This document shows, in pieces, positions 17,984 to 26,908 of a DNA stretch of 64,000 bases (its first letter is position 1; each line of letters opens with the position of its first letter). The position numbers were made by a program, and so were the translations under genes. The notes beneath the pieces are model-generated. The model made no database searches. It was not told the DNA's origin and saw only the letters and a list, made by a program, of their open reading frames with translations. Source of the DNA: Solirubrobacteraceae bacterium (lineage in GTDB: Bacteria > Actinomycetota > Thermoleophilia > Solirubrobacterales > Solirubrobacteraceae); NCBI GenBank assembly GCA_965198695.1, contig CBDAPW010000002.1, positions 37,768-101,767 of the forward strand. The letters are read 5' to 3'.

Positions 17984-19285
17984 TCAGCTCGCGTGGCGCT
18001 GGGGGCTGGCGAGAAGCACCTCGCGCGGCAGCCGGCCGTAGCGGAAGCTGACGCTGACCCGCTCGGCCCGGTAGCCGGTCGCGGTGAAGCTGATGAGCAG
18101 CTTCTGGCCGGCGACGTAGCGAGCCCCGCGGAGCCCGGCGAGCAGGCGCTCGACGCCGCGCGTGCCGCTCGCGCGCCTGGTGCGGTGCGAGCGCGAGCAG
18201 CCGTGTCCGGCACAGCTGACGACCACGTGGGTCCGCGCCGGGAAGCGACCGACCTTGATCTGGCTGAGCCGGGTGCGGGAACGGTTCCAGGTCCAGCGGA
18301 TCACCAGCTTGATCTTGAGCGTGTGTGGGGCGTGGGAGACCGGCACGGTGGTCGCCACCGGAGTGGTACTGACCGGGGAGGAAGTGGGGGTGGTGGTTGT
18401 GGTCGTGGTGGTGGCCGGCGTGGTCGTGGTTGGCGTGGTGGTCGTCGGCGTGGGTGTGGGCGTCGGCGCCGGGGGCGCCGGGGCCGTCTGGCCGAAGCCG
18501 TACACATCACCGGTCTGCCCGAACAGGCGGTAGCCGGGCGCGGTGGTGTTCGCCACGGCGACGATCGGTGCGGGCAGGGATTGGGAGCCGAGCGAGCCGT
18601 CGAACGGTGCGTCGCCGAAGGCGTAGATGCCGCCGTCGGCACCGGCGAGCCAGTAGCCCTTGCCGTCGGGGGTCGCGGTGATGCCGATGATCGGTTTGTT
18701 GAGCACCTGGCCGGTCAGGTCGCCGTAGCTGGTGGCGTCGCCATAGGGGTAGACGCTGCCATCGGAGCCGACCAGCCAGTAGCCGTTGCCGTCCGGGGTC
18801 GCCGCGATCCCCACAATCGGAGCCGGTGGTTTCTCTGATCCGAGCGAGCCGTAGAACGATGCGTCGCCGAACGAATAGATCCCGCCGTCGGAGCCGACCA
18901 GCCAGTACCCGTTGCCATCGTGGGTCGGGGCGACACCCACGATCGGGGCGTTGATCGTCGTGCCGGCCAGCGAGCCCTCAAAGGGCGCGTTGCCGAAGCT
19001 GAACACCCCACCGTCACTGGCCACCAGCCAGTAGCCGCCCCCGCTCGGGGTGGCCGCCATGGCGACGATCGGCTTGGACAGAGCCATCGAGGCGGTGCCG
19101 CCGTAGCCGCCCGCACCGCCGAAGGCCTGCACTCCACCGGTGGAGTCGACCTCCCAGTAGGCGCTGATGCTCGCCGGATCCTGGGCGGCGCCGACGATGC
19201 TCGCCGCCGCGGCGGTGCCGGCCCCCAGCGCCAGAACCACGACGATCGTCCACACCGCCACGCGACGTGTGCTCACCCACCCCAT
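17984..19285 (-). CDS. Secreted protein with about six 42-aa YWLV.SDGG repeats, P/T linker and basic C-terminal domain
   Basis: Signal peptide RRVAVWTIVVVLALGAGTAAAA, repeats and poly-Thr linker seen directly. Start approximate. Confidence 0.85.
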   Translation of the reverse strand: MGWVSTRRVAVWTIVVVLALGAGTAAAASIVGAAQDPASISAYWEVDSTGGVQAFGGAGGYGGTASMALSKPIVAMAATPSGGGYWLVASDGGVFSFGNAPFEGSLAGTTINAPIVGVAPTHDGNGYWLVGSDGGIYSFGDASFYGSLGSEKPPAPIVGIAATPDGNGYWLVGSDGSVYPYGDATSYGDLTGQVLNKPIIGITATPDGKGYWLAGADGGIYAFGDAPFDGSLGSQSLPAPIVAVANTTAPGYRLFGQTGDVYGFGQTAPAPPAPTPTPTPTTTTPTTTTPATTTTTTTTPTSSPVSTTPVATTVPVSHAPHTLKIKLVIRWTWNRSRTRLSQIKVGRFPARTHVVVSCAGHGCSRSHRTRRASGTRGVERLLAGLRGARYVAGQKLLISFTATGYRAERVSVSFRYGRLPREVLLASPQRHAS

Positions 19286-19328
19286 GCCTAGGGGTTTTGT
19301 ATCAGCCGACCGCACGCTCCAGCCTGCC

Positions 19329-21296
19329 TCAGCACTGGAGCTGATGACGAGTGCGCTTCTGCTCGTACATGGCGGCGTCCGCCTCGCTGACCAGGTCGGC
19401 CAGGGGCCGGCCTGGAGTGGCTCGGGCAATGGCCCAGCCGACGCTGGCGGTGACCGTTCCGGCCATCGGGTGCTCGAGCAACTCAGAGCTCAAGGTGGCC
19501 GCGATCATCTCCGCGCGCAGGCCTGCGGCGGTCGGGTCGGCGGCGTTGAAGAACGCGAGGAACTCGTCTCCGGCATGCCGGGCGAGGAGGGCGTCGGAGC
19601 CCAGCGATCGGGCCAACTGCTCGGCGGCCGCGCACAGGACCTCGTCTCCGACGTCGTGTCCGTGCCGGTCGTTGACGCGCTTGAAACGATCGAGGTCGAT
19701 GAACAGCACGGCTGCTGATGCCTCGCCGCGCAGATCGTTCAGCTGCGCTTCGGCGCCGGAGCTGAAGGCTCGGCGATTCAACAGCCCGGTGAGGGAGTCG
19801 TGACTCGCGAGGTAGTGGGCATGATCGTGTTCCTCTCGCAGTTTGCGCTCGGCCTCGACACGATCGGTGACGTCGGTCTGAACTCCGATGTATTGCAGGA
19901 CCCGTCCGCGTCGATCGTGCACGGGTGCGAGGTGGACATCGCACCAGTACGTGGTGCCGTCCTTGCGGAAATTGAGCACCGTCACGCGGCACTCTCGGCC
20001 CTCGCGCATCGCGGCGCCCATCTCGGCAATCGCACCGGAGTCGGTTCCCTCTCCTTGCACGAACTTGCAGTCGCGGCCCGCGATCTCGTCGGCACCGTAG
20101 CCCGTCAGCCGCTCGAATGCCGGGTTGACGTAGATGATGGGCATCCCGGCTTGGACGGCGTCGGCGATCACCACGCCGCTCGTCGCCGAGGCCAGAGCAC
20201 GGTCTCTGACCTCCAGGGTGGTGCCCTGGGTATGACCCGCCCTGGCATCCAATACGAGCCGTCGGTCCACCCGGACCGGGTCGGGCGCAGGGCGGCCCAG
20301 ATACCACCCCTGGCCGAGGTCCGCCCCGAGATCGCTGATGGCAGCGAGTTCAGCCTCCGTCTCAATGCCCTCGGCCACCACGCGCACATCGAGTTCGTGG
20401 GCGTAATCGATGAGTGCGCCCACGAGTCGCTGGCGAGGTGAATCCGCGTCGATGCCGCTGATCAACGCGCGGTCGAGCTTGACCACGTCCGGCCGCAGTT
20501 CGTCGAGATAGGTGAGGCTCGAATGCCCGGCGCCCAGATCGTCCAGTGCGACCATCGCCCCTTGTCCGCGGTACTCGTCGAGGATCCGCCGCAGAAACGT
20601 GACGTCGGGGTACTGCTCGGTCTCGACCACCTCGAAGCAGACCCGCTCCATCGACAGACCGAGGCGACGCGCAATCGCCCACGTCGTACGCAGGCACACC
20701 TGAGGGTCATAGATGGCGGTCGGTGTGAAGTTGACGAAGAGAACCTCATCATCGATGAGCTTCGGCATTCCCTGTTCGAGGGCAACGGTCCGGCCCTTGA
20801 GGTCAAGCGTGAAGACGGCTCCGTGGGCTCGAGCGGCAGCGAAGATCTCACCGCCGTTGAGTTCCCGACCCCCGACCTCACCCCGCAGCAGGGACTCATA
20901 ACCATAGGTTCGGCCGTCAGTCAGCGAGACGATCGGCTGCAGGTGGGGATAGAGAGCGGAACCGTTGAGCAGATCGGGAAGCCATTCGGTACGCGCACGG
21001 GTGAGAACGTCGGCGACGGGCAGCGCAACGCCCGCAGAGCGTCCGCTCAGGGGAGCGGCGAGCAGCGCGGCCCGTTCGGAGTAGGACAGGGCGTCGAGGA
21101 GCGCCGCGAGACGATCGCACCAACCTGGGCCCTCGAGCTGGAGGCCGTCGGCCTGCTCGAGCAGGACCCCGACCCTGTCTCTCACATGACGCCGCTCGGC
21201 GATCAGGACCACTCCACTGATCGCCTCGGAGTCGGCGGCGGTCTGACAATCACACGCGTGACTGCCACAGGCGTTGGCCAGCACTGAAGCGTCCAT
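19329..21296 (-). CDS. EAL - PAS(LOV-like) - GGDEF c-di-GMP signalling protein
   Basis: QPIV..YESLLR, DDLGAGHSSL, KLD, EGIET. GRDCKFVQG...NFRKDG...VQTDVT. DLDRFKRVND, AGDEF. Confidence 0.92.
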   Translation of the reverse strand: MDASVLANACGSHACDCQTAADSEAISGVVLIAERRHVRDRVGVLLEQADGLQLEGPGWCDRLAALLDALSYSERAALLAAPLSGRSAGVALPVADVLTRARTEWLPDLLNGSALYPHLQPIVSLTDGRTYGYESLLRGEVGGRELNGGEIFAAARAHGAVFTLDLKGRTVALEQGMPKLIDDEVLFVNFTPTAIYDPQVCLRTTWAIARRLGLSMERVCFEVVETEQYPDVTFLRRILDEYRGQGAMVALDDLGAGHSSLTYLDELRPDVVKLDRALISGIDADSPRQRLVGALIDYAHELDVRVVAEGIETEAELAAISDLGADLGQGWYLGRPAPDPVRVDRRLVLDARAGHTQGTTLEVRDRALASATSGVVIADAVQAGMPIIYVNPAFERLTGYGADEIAGRDCKFVQGEGTDSGAIAEMGAAMREGRECRVTVLNFRKDGTTYWCDVHLAPVHDRRGRVLQYIGVQTDVTDRVEAERKLREEHDHAHYLASHDSLTGLLNRRAFSSGAEAQLNDLRGEASAAVLFIDLDRFKRVNDRHGHDVGDEVLCAAAEQLARSLGSDALLARHAGDEFLAFFNAADPTAAGLRAEMIAATLSSELLEHPMAGTVTASVGWAIARATPGRPLADLVSEADAAMYEQKRTRHQLQC

Positions 21297-21378
21297 GGGC
21301 TTTTATCGTCGCGGCAGACGAGAACTTGAGCAGAACGGATGAAACCCCGGTGACGTCGGGCGGGCGGCGCTCGACGAA

Positions 21379-21434
21379 GGAATGAGCTGGCCGCGCACGC
21401 TGAGCCAGGCCTGCGATGTGATCCTCTGACCCGG
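21379..21434 (-). pseudogene. Diverged remnant of a yceI 3' end (direct repeat of 23384-23439)
   Basis: 47/56 nt identical to the yceI end. Translates PGQRITSQAWLSVRGQLIP versus PGQMITSKAWLSVRGKLVP. Confidence 0.75.
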
Positions 21435-21436
21435 CG

Positions 21437-23266
21437 TCAGCTGATCGACCTGAGGAAGCGGCGCTGTTCGGCGCGGCTGCCCCGGGTCAGTGGCCGGGCG
21501 GCGATGGCGATCTGGCGGACCACTCCGTGATGGACCTCGAGCACGGCGGTGACCGATCCGTCCCGGCTGAGGTACCACCGGTTGGTCCCGATGCTGAACG
21601 CCCGGCCGAGCTTCAGGTGCCCCCGCGCCACGGCGAGGGTGCTGCCGGGGTGCACGCCGTGCACTGCGGAGTGGACGTTGGCGGTGGCGATCCATGCCAC
21701 CCGGTTGGCGTAGCGCGCTCGGGTGGCGCGGGGCAGAGTGGTCAGCTCGCGGGGGGAGGCGTAGCCGGCCCGGATGACCGCCGGGGTCTGACAGGTTGAG
21801 TCCAGTCGGCTCGCGCGGGCGGACGCCACAGCGACCTGCTCGGGGGTCGCGCCGAGGCGCAGCGCTCCGAGCTGGGTCCCGCTGACCGGACTGGCGGAGC
21901 AGTCGTTCAGTTCGGTGGTCTGCGGGGTCGCGAGGATCTCGCCGTAGGGGTTGATCTGGATGGTGACGGTGCCGGTCGCGTAGTCACCGCTGGCGTCAGA
22001 GACTGTGAAGCCGATCGTGTCGCTACCGCTGTAGCCCGGGTTCGGGGTGTAGGTAAAGGACCCGTCGGGGTTCACCGCGCTCGTCCCGTGGGTCGGGGCG
22101 GTGCTCTGGGTCGCGGTCAGGGTATCCCCGGCCGGACCCCGGCTGTCAGCCTGGATGAGGCCGTTGGCCGCGCTCACCGTCAGGGTCATGTTCTCCTGAA
22201 CAGTGTCGAGGACCGGGCTGGTCACGGTGATCGGGTCGGGGTAGGAGAACACCACCTTGCCGGTGCCGGACTGCACCCCGCTGGCGTAGCTCACGCTGGT
22301 GGCGCTGGATGCGGCATAGCTCGAGCCGCCCCCACCGCCGCCACCGCCACCGCCGGGCTCGTCGTCGGTGGCGCAGGCAAAATCGGAGGCGCCGCCGCCA
22401 CCACCCCCGCCACCGGCGTAACCGCCACCGCCACCGCCACCGCCGAGTGACCTGCCGCCGGTACCGCCGGGGGACGGAGCGCTGCTGAGCTGCCCGGACG
22501 CGCCGACGCTCCCGTCATCACCCGGGAAGGGGTCGCCATCGCGGCAGGTGCTGCCTGACCCGACCGTGCCACCGGGTCCGGGGTTGCCGCCGGTGCCGCT
22601 CGCGCTGGCCCCGCCACCGCCGCTACCGCCGCCCAACGGCAGGGCACCGGCCTGGGGCCCGTCGGGAACGGTCTGGCCTGGCTGGCCGGATCCCGCGCTG
22701 GCACCCGAGAAGGGCTGGCCGCCCGCGCCGCCGGCGCCGTCGGTCAGGGATCGACCCTCGACCAGGGCAGCCGTACCCGAACCACCACCGCCACCGGCGA
22801 TGAACTCCGGGAGGGCGCCGGGAGATCCGGGGAGGACGTCGCTGGCGCCGCCGCCACCCGATCCGTTCCCGCCCGGCTTGCCACCGCCGTTGGTTCCGGC
22901 GGTGTGATAGCCGCCGACGCCACCGACCGTGAGCGTGAACAGCGATCCTGGCGACGTGTTGAGCGTGCCCGACACCTCCCCGCCGAGCCCGCCCGGCCCG
23001 GGAGAGTTCTCCGCCCCGCCGCCGCCCGCGGCGCCATAGGCGGCCACCGTCACCCTGCTCACACCGATCGGCACGGTGTAGGTCGCGGCCGCGCCGGAAT
23101 ACCCGAACGTGTCCGTGCAGACCCCGGCGGTGCACACCGGAGCCGGACTCGCGGCGCTGGCCGCAACCGCTACCGCCCCCGCGGCGGCCACGGTCATCGC
23201 TGCCGCAGCCGCCCCTGCGCCCACGCGCGTGCGCAGCGATCCCACAGCCCAGTCCCGACGTGCCAT
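21437..23266 (-). CDS. Secreted glycine-rich domain + Ig-like (Big_9/cadherin-like) protein with basic C-terminal domain
   Basis: Ala-rich signal peptide, YTVPIGVSRVTVAAYGAAGG, poly-Gly runs, VNPDGSFTYTPNPGYSGSDTIGFTVSD. Confidence 0.85.
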   Translation of the reverse strand: MARRDWAVGSLRTRVGAGAAAAAMTVAAAGAVAVAASAASPAPVCTAGVCTDTFGYSGAAATYTVPIGVSRVTVAAYGAAGGGGAENSPGPGGLGGEVSGTLNTSPGSLFTLTVGGVGGYHTAGTNGGGKPGGNGSGGGGASDVLPGSPGALPEFIAGGGGGSGTAALVEGRSLTDGAGGAGGQPFSGASAGSGQPGQTVPDGPQAGALPLGGGSGGGGASASGTGGNPGPGGTVGSGSTCRDGDPFPGDDGSVGASGQLSSAPSPGGTGGRSLGGGGGGGGYAGGGGGGGGASDFACATDDEPGGGGGGGGGGSSYAASSATSVSYASGVQSGTGKVVFSYPDPITVTSPVLDTVQENMTLTVSAANGLIQADSRGPAGDTLTATQSTAPTHGTSAVNPDGSFTYTPNPGYSGSDTIGFTVSDASGDYATGTVTIQINPYGEILATPQTTELNDCSASPVSGTQLGALRLGATPEQVAVASARASRLDSTCQTPAVIRAGYASPRELTTLPRATRARYANRVAWIATANVHSAVHGVHPGSTLAVARGHLKLGRAFSIGTNRWYLSRDGSVTAVLEVHHGVVRQIAIAARPLTRGSRAEQRRFLRSIS

Positions 23267-23286
23267 CAGATGGTTCTCCCTGTCCG

Positions 23287-23307
23287 CTCGACCCCCCGCG
23301 GGTCGAG
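23287..23307. terminator. Hairpin downstream of yceI
   Basis: CTCGACCC-CCCGC-GGGTCGAG, 8-bp stem. Confidence 0.4.
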
Positions 23308-23356
23308 CCAGTTGACGCGAGAGGGGGACATAACCCCATCAGCAGCCCGCTGGCTA

Positions 23357-23370
23357 GGGACCTAGGTCCC
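23357..23370. repeat. Perfect 14-bp palindrome just after the yceI stop
   Basis: GGGACCTAGGTCCC. Confidence 0.5.
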
Positions 23371-23373
23371 CAG

Positions 23374-23895
23374 TCAGCCGGCGGGGACGAGCTTGCCCCG
23401 CACGCTGAGCCACGCCTTGGACGTGATCATCTGACCCGGTCCACGGGACATGCCGAGCTCGCGCAAGCTGACCCGCGCGACGGCGTCGATCTCAAAGCCG
23501 TCACCGGCCGGCTTCACGTGCGCGGTCGGCACCAGCGGCACCGACCGTCCCGCGGCGCTGAGGGTGCCGGTGACGTGGAGATGATCGCCGTGCACCTCGA
23601 CCTCGGAGGAGGCGAACACCACCTCAGGGTGGCTCGCCACGTTGAAGAAATCCCCGGAACGGAGATGCTCGTCGCGCTGGGCATTGCGGGTGTCCAGGCT
23701 GGCCGCCCCGATGACCAGACGGATCGCCGGCTCGGCCGAGAGGTCAAGGTGCCCCTCATATGACGCAAAGGTGCCGCGCACCCGCACCGCGCCCCACATG
23801 GTGCGGCTGACGAACTCGACCGCCGAGGCATCCGGATCGAGGATCCAGCTGCCGTTCTGCAGCGACGGCGTCGGGGTGGCATCAGTGGCGCTCAT
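23374..23895 (-). CDS. YceI family lipid/polyisoprenoid-binding protein
   Basis: WILDPDASAVEF, SLDTRNAQRDEHLRSGDFF, HPEVVF, VTGTL. Confidence 0.93.
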   Translation of the reverse strand: MSATDATPTPSLQNGSWILDPDASAVEFVSRTMWGAVRVRGTFASYEGHLDLSAEPAIRLVIGAASLDTRNAQRDEHLRSGDFFNVASHPEVVFASSEVEVHGDHLHVTGTLSAAGRSVPLVPTAHVKPAGDGFEIDAVARVSLRELGMSRGPGQMITSKAWLSVRGKLVPAG

Positions 23896-23992
23896 TCACA
23901 CGATCTCCTGGGCGCCAGCTTATCCGCGGATCAGCCTGTGGGGGTTAGGATGCCTGATGAGAGGAGAAGTCGGTGATCCCTGGCGGTTCACA

Positions 23993-25246
23993 GTGACGCA
24001 GGACAACCCACAGCACAATCCGTGGGTCGGCGCGTCGTTCGGGAGAACGTCGCTCGACCTGGCGAAGCGGCTGTCGGACGCCTATGAGCATGAGCTGGCC
24101 GGCGACGCCGAGCCCGAGCGTCCGCTGCTGCGCCCGGTGGTGACCTCCTCCTGGCAGCGCTCGCTCCACGCCGGGGTCGACCCCGAGCACAACGCGGCGC
24201 CGAGTGACGGATCGCCAGATGCCCCGCTGGACCGCTGGGCGGTGCACCCGCTCAATCCGTTCGTCGAGGTGGTCGAGTCGATGCTCGGCTCCTTCGCCTA
24301 CGACGCCGGTCACATCGTGGTGATCGCCGACCACGACGGATGTCTGCTCTGGTCGATGGGCCACCCCAAGGTGCTCATCGCCTCAGAGACAATCGGCTTC
24401 ACCCCCGGTCATGTGTGGACCGAGGAGGCCGTCGGGACCAACGGCGTGGGCACGGCCCTGGCCGTCGACCATCCGGTGCAGATCTTCGCCTCCGAGCACT
24501 TCAAGCGGCCCGTCCACGCCTGGGTCTGCTCCGGCGCACCCATCCATGACCCCGCCACCGGCCAGGTGCTCGGCGTCATCGACGTCTCCAGCGGGATCCG
24601 GGCCGCCCATCCCTACTCCCTGGCCATGGTCTCGGCCACCGCCAAGATGGTCGAGACGCTGCTGGCCAACCAGCAGGCGATCGCCACCGAGCGCCTGCGC
24701 GCGCGGTTCTACGAGCTGGTCGCCCGCCGCCGCGGCGGGGCGCGCGCGCTGATCGATCCGCGGGGGCGCGTGATCGCCAGCCATCCCGACGGCTGGCTCC
24801 CGGGCCCGCTCCTGGCGGCCGGTCCCCATCGCTGGCTCGCCCCCGGCAGCGCGCTGATCCTCGACGGCGAGCCGTTCGCCGACGACTGCTTCCTCGTCGG
24901 GGCCAGCACCGGAACCCAGGCGCCGACCAGCCTGCCGACGCTCGAGGTGCGCCGCCTGGACCGCCGGCGTCTGAGCGTGTCGATTCACGGTGATGACATC
25001 GCGCTGTCTCCGCGGCGCAGCCAGCTGCTGGCCCTGCTGGCGCTCGCCCCCCAGGGCACCCACGGCGCCGCCCTGGCCCGGACCCTCTACGGCCCCGGTG
25101 ACCACGAGGTCGCCCTGCGCGCCGAGGTGTCGCGCCTGCGCCGCCAGCTCGGCGGGGTGATCGCCACCAACCCGTATCGCCTGCTCGCGGAGGTGCGCGC
25201 CGATCCGGCCGTGCTCGCCGGCGTTGCAACCCCGCTGCAACGTTGA
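23993..25246 (+). CDS. GAF-domain transcriptional activator with C-terminal HTH (aldehyde/alcohol utilisation type)
   Basis: SSWQRS, WTEEAVGTNGVG, WVCSGAPIHDP, LRAEVSRLRR..NPYRL. Start uncertain (23957 or 23993). Confidence 0.88.
   Translation: MTQDNPQHNPWVGASFGRTSLDLAKRLSDAYEHELAGDAEPERPLLRPVVTSSWQRSLHAGVDPEHNAAPSDGSPDAPLDRWAVHPLNPFVEVVESMLGSFAYDAGHIVVIADHDGCLLWSMGHPKVLIASETIGFTPGHVWTEEAVGTNGVGTALAVDHPVQIFASEHFKRPVHAWVCSGAPIHDPATGQVLGVIDVSSGIRAAHPYSLAMVSATAKMVETLLANQQAIATERLRARFYELVARRRGGARALIDPRGRVIASHPDGWLPGPLLAAGPHRWLAPGSALILDGEPFADDCFLVGASTGTQAPTSLPTLEVRRLDRRRLSVSIHGDDIALSPRRSQLLALLALAPQGTHGAALARTLYGPGDHEVALRAEVSRLRRQLGGVIATNPYRLLAEVRADPAVLAGVATPLQR
25222..25242. promoter_or_regulatory. 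Probable activator site CGTTGCA-N7-TGCAACG
   Basis: Perfect 7-bp inverted repeat inside the last codons of the regulator, about 110 bp upstream of ALDH. Confidence 0.65.
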
Positions 25247-25352
25247 GCGGGGCGCCGTGAAGGCGCAGTCTCCTCAGCGTGCACATGGCCCGGCCTCACA
25301 GGCCGGGCATAACCGTGTGCCCCCACAGAGGAACCCAAGGAGAGAACACCTG

Positions 25353-26849
25353 ATGGCAATCGCAGATCCCCCCAAGGCCGGCGACGCGACCGAGCGCTTC
25401 CTCGCATCGCCCAAGTGGCTGCTGATCGACGGGGAGTGGCGCAACGCCGCCTCCGGCAAGACCTTCGAGACCTACGACCCGGCCACCGGTGAGGTGCTCG
25501 CCCGCGTCGCTGAAGCCGGCGATGAGGACGTCGACGCCGCCGTCGCCGCGGCCCGCCGCGCCCTGGAAGGGCCGTGGGGCAAGATGGGCGGCTCTGAGCG
25601 CGGGCGCATCATCCACCGCCTCGGCGACCTGATCTCCGAGCACGCCGAGGAGCTGGCCGAGCTCGACTCCCTCGACAACGGCAAGCCCAAGGCCGTCGCA
25701 CTCGCTGCCGACACCCAGAACGCCGCCGACATCTTCTGGTACATGTCGGGCTGGTGCACCAAGCTCAACGGTCAGACGATGTCGCCGACCGTCCCCTATA
25801 TGCCCGGTCAGGAGTTCCACGCCTACACCACGCGTGAGCCGGTCGGCGTGGTCGCCCAGATCATTCCGTGGAACTTCCCGCTGCTCATGGCGGCCTGGAA
25901 GGTCGCCCCGGCGCTGGCCTGTGGCAACACGATCATCCTCAAGCCGGCCGAGCAGACGCCGCTGTCGGCGCTGCGTCTCGGTGAGCTGGCCCTCGAGGCC
26001 GGTGTGCCCGAGGGTGTATTCAACGTGCTCACCGGGTTCGGCGATGTCGGCGCGGCGCTGTCGGCTCACCCGGGGGTCAACAAGGTCGCCTTCACCGGCT
26101 CCACCGAGGTGGGCAAGCTGATCGTCAAGGCGGCGGCCGGCAACCTCAAGCGGGTCTCCCTCGAGCTCGGCGGCAAGTCCCCGAACATCATCTTCGACGA
26201 CGCCGACATCGACGCGGCGATCGCCGGAGCCGCCCAGGGCATCTTCTTCAACCAGGGTGAGGTGTGCACCGCGGGCTCGCGCCTCTACGTCCAGGACCGC
26301 CACTTCGACCAGGTGGTCGAGGGCGTGGCGAACGCCGCCAAGGCGATCAAGGTCGGCCACGGCATGTCCCCGGACACCGAGATGGGCCCGCTGGTCTCCC
26401 AGGAGCAGTTCGACAAGGTCACCGGCTACCTGGCCAAGGGTCCCCAGGAGGGTTCGCGGGCGCTGACCGGCGGCTCGGCCATCGACGGGCCCGGCTGGTT
26501 CGTGGAGCCGACGGTGTTCGTCGACAACAAGGCCTCCAACGCCCTCGTGCGCGAGGAGATCTTCGGTCCGGTCATCTCGGCCATGCCGTTCTCAGACCTC
26601 GACGACCTGGCCGCCCAGGCCAACGACTCGGACTTCGGCCTCGCCGCCGGGGTGTGGACCCGGGACGTGTCCAAGGTGCACGCCATGTCCAAGCGCATCC
26701 AAGCCGGGACGATCTACGTCAACGCCTACCACGTGTACGCGGCCGAGCTGCCCTTCGGCGGCTACAAGCAGTCGGGCTGGGGTCGTGAGATGGGCGCCGA
26801 GGTGCTTAACAGCTACCTCGAGACCAAGACGACGATCGTCGCCCTGTAA
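25353..26849 (+). CDS. NAD-dependent aldehyde dehydrogenase (aromatic aldehyde type)
   Basis: [20 protein letters not shown], catalytic Cys in [17 protein letters not shown] 25353 after AAGGAGAG. Confidence 0.95.
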   Translation: MAIADPPKAGDATERFLASPKWLLIDGEWRNAASGKTFETYDPATGEVLARVAEAGDEDVDAAVAAARRALEGPWGKMGGSERGRIIHRLGDLISEHAEELAELDSLDNGKPKAVALAADTQNAADIFWYMSGWCTKLNGQTMSPTVPYMPGQEFHAYTTREPVGVVAQIIPWNFPLLMAAWKVAPALACGNTIILKPAEQTPLSALRLGELALEAGVPEGVFNVLTGFGDVGAALSAHPGVNKVAFTGSTEVGKLIVKAAAGNLKRVSLELGGKSPNIIFDDADIDAAIAGAAQGIFFNQGEVCTAGSRLYVQDRHFDQVVEGVANAAKAIKVGHGMSPDTEMGPLVSQEQFDKVTGYLAKGPQEGSRALTGGSAIDGPGWFVEPTVFVDNKASNALVREEIFGPVISAMPFSDLDDLAAQANDSDFGLAAGVWTRDVSKVHAMSKRIQAGTIYVNAYHVYAAELPFGGYKQSGWGREMGAEVLNSYLETKTTIVAL

Positions 26850-26866
26850 AGCACGACGGTGGGTGG

Positions 26867-26899
26867 CGCCGCTGCGGGCCTTGGGGCTCCGCAGCGGCG
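26867..26899. terminator. Bidirectional terminator-like hairpin
   Basis: CGCCGCTGCGG-N11-CCGCAGCGGCG between convergent ALDH and pobA. Confidence 0.65.
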
Positions 26900-26908
26900 A
26901 CCGGCCGC

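Noticed and set aside
18560-19140. Regular repeats of about 126 bp resembling a CRISPR or tandem array
   Set aside because: Degenerate in-frame protein repeats with no identical DRs, unique spacers or cas genes
22320-22930. CCG/CCA trinucleotide runs
   Set aside because: They encode poly-Gly of the glycine-rich domain and are not an independent repeat element
21297-23900. Integrative mobile element at the yceI direct repeat
   Set aside because: No integrase, transposase, tRNA or terminal inverted repeats. The repeat is only 84% identical, indicating an old event
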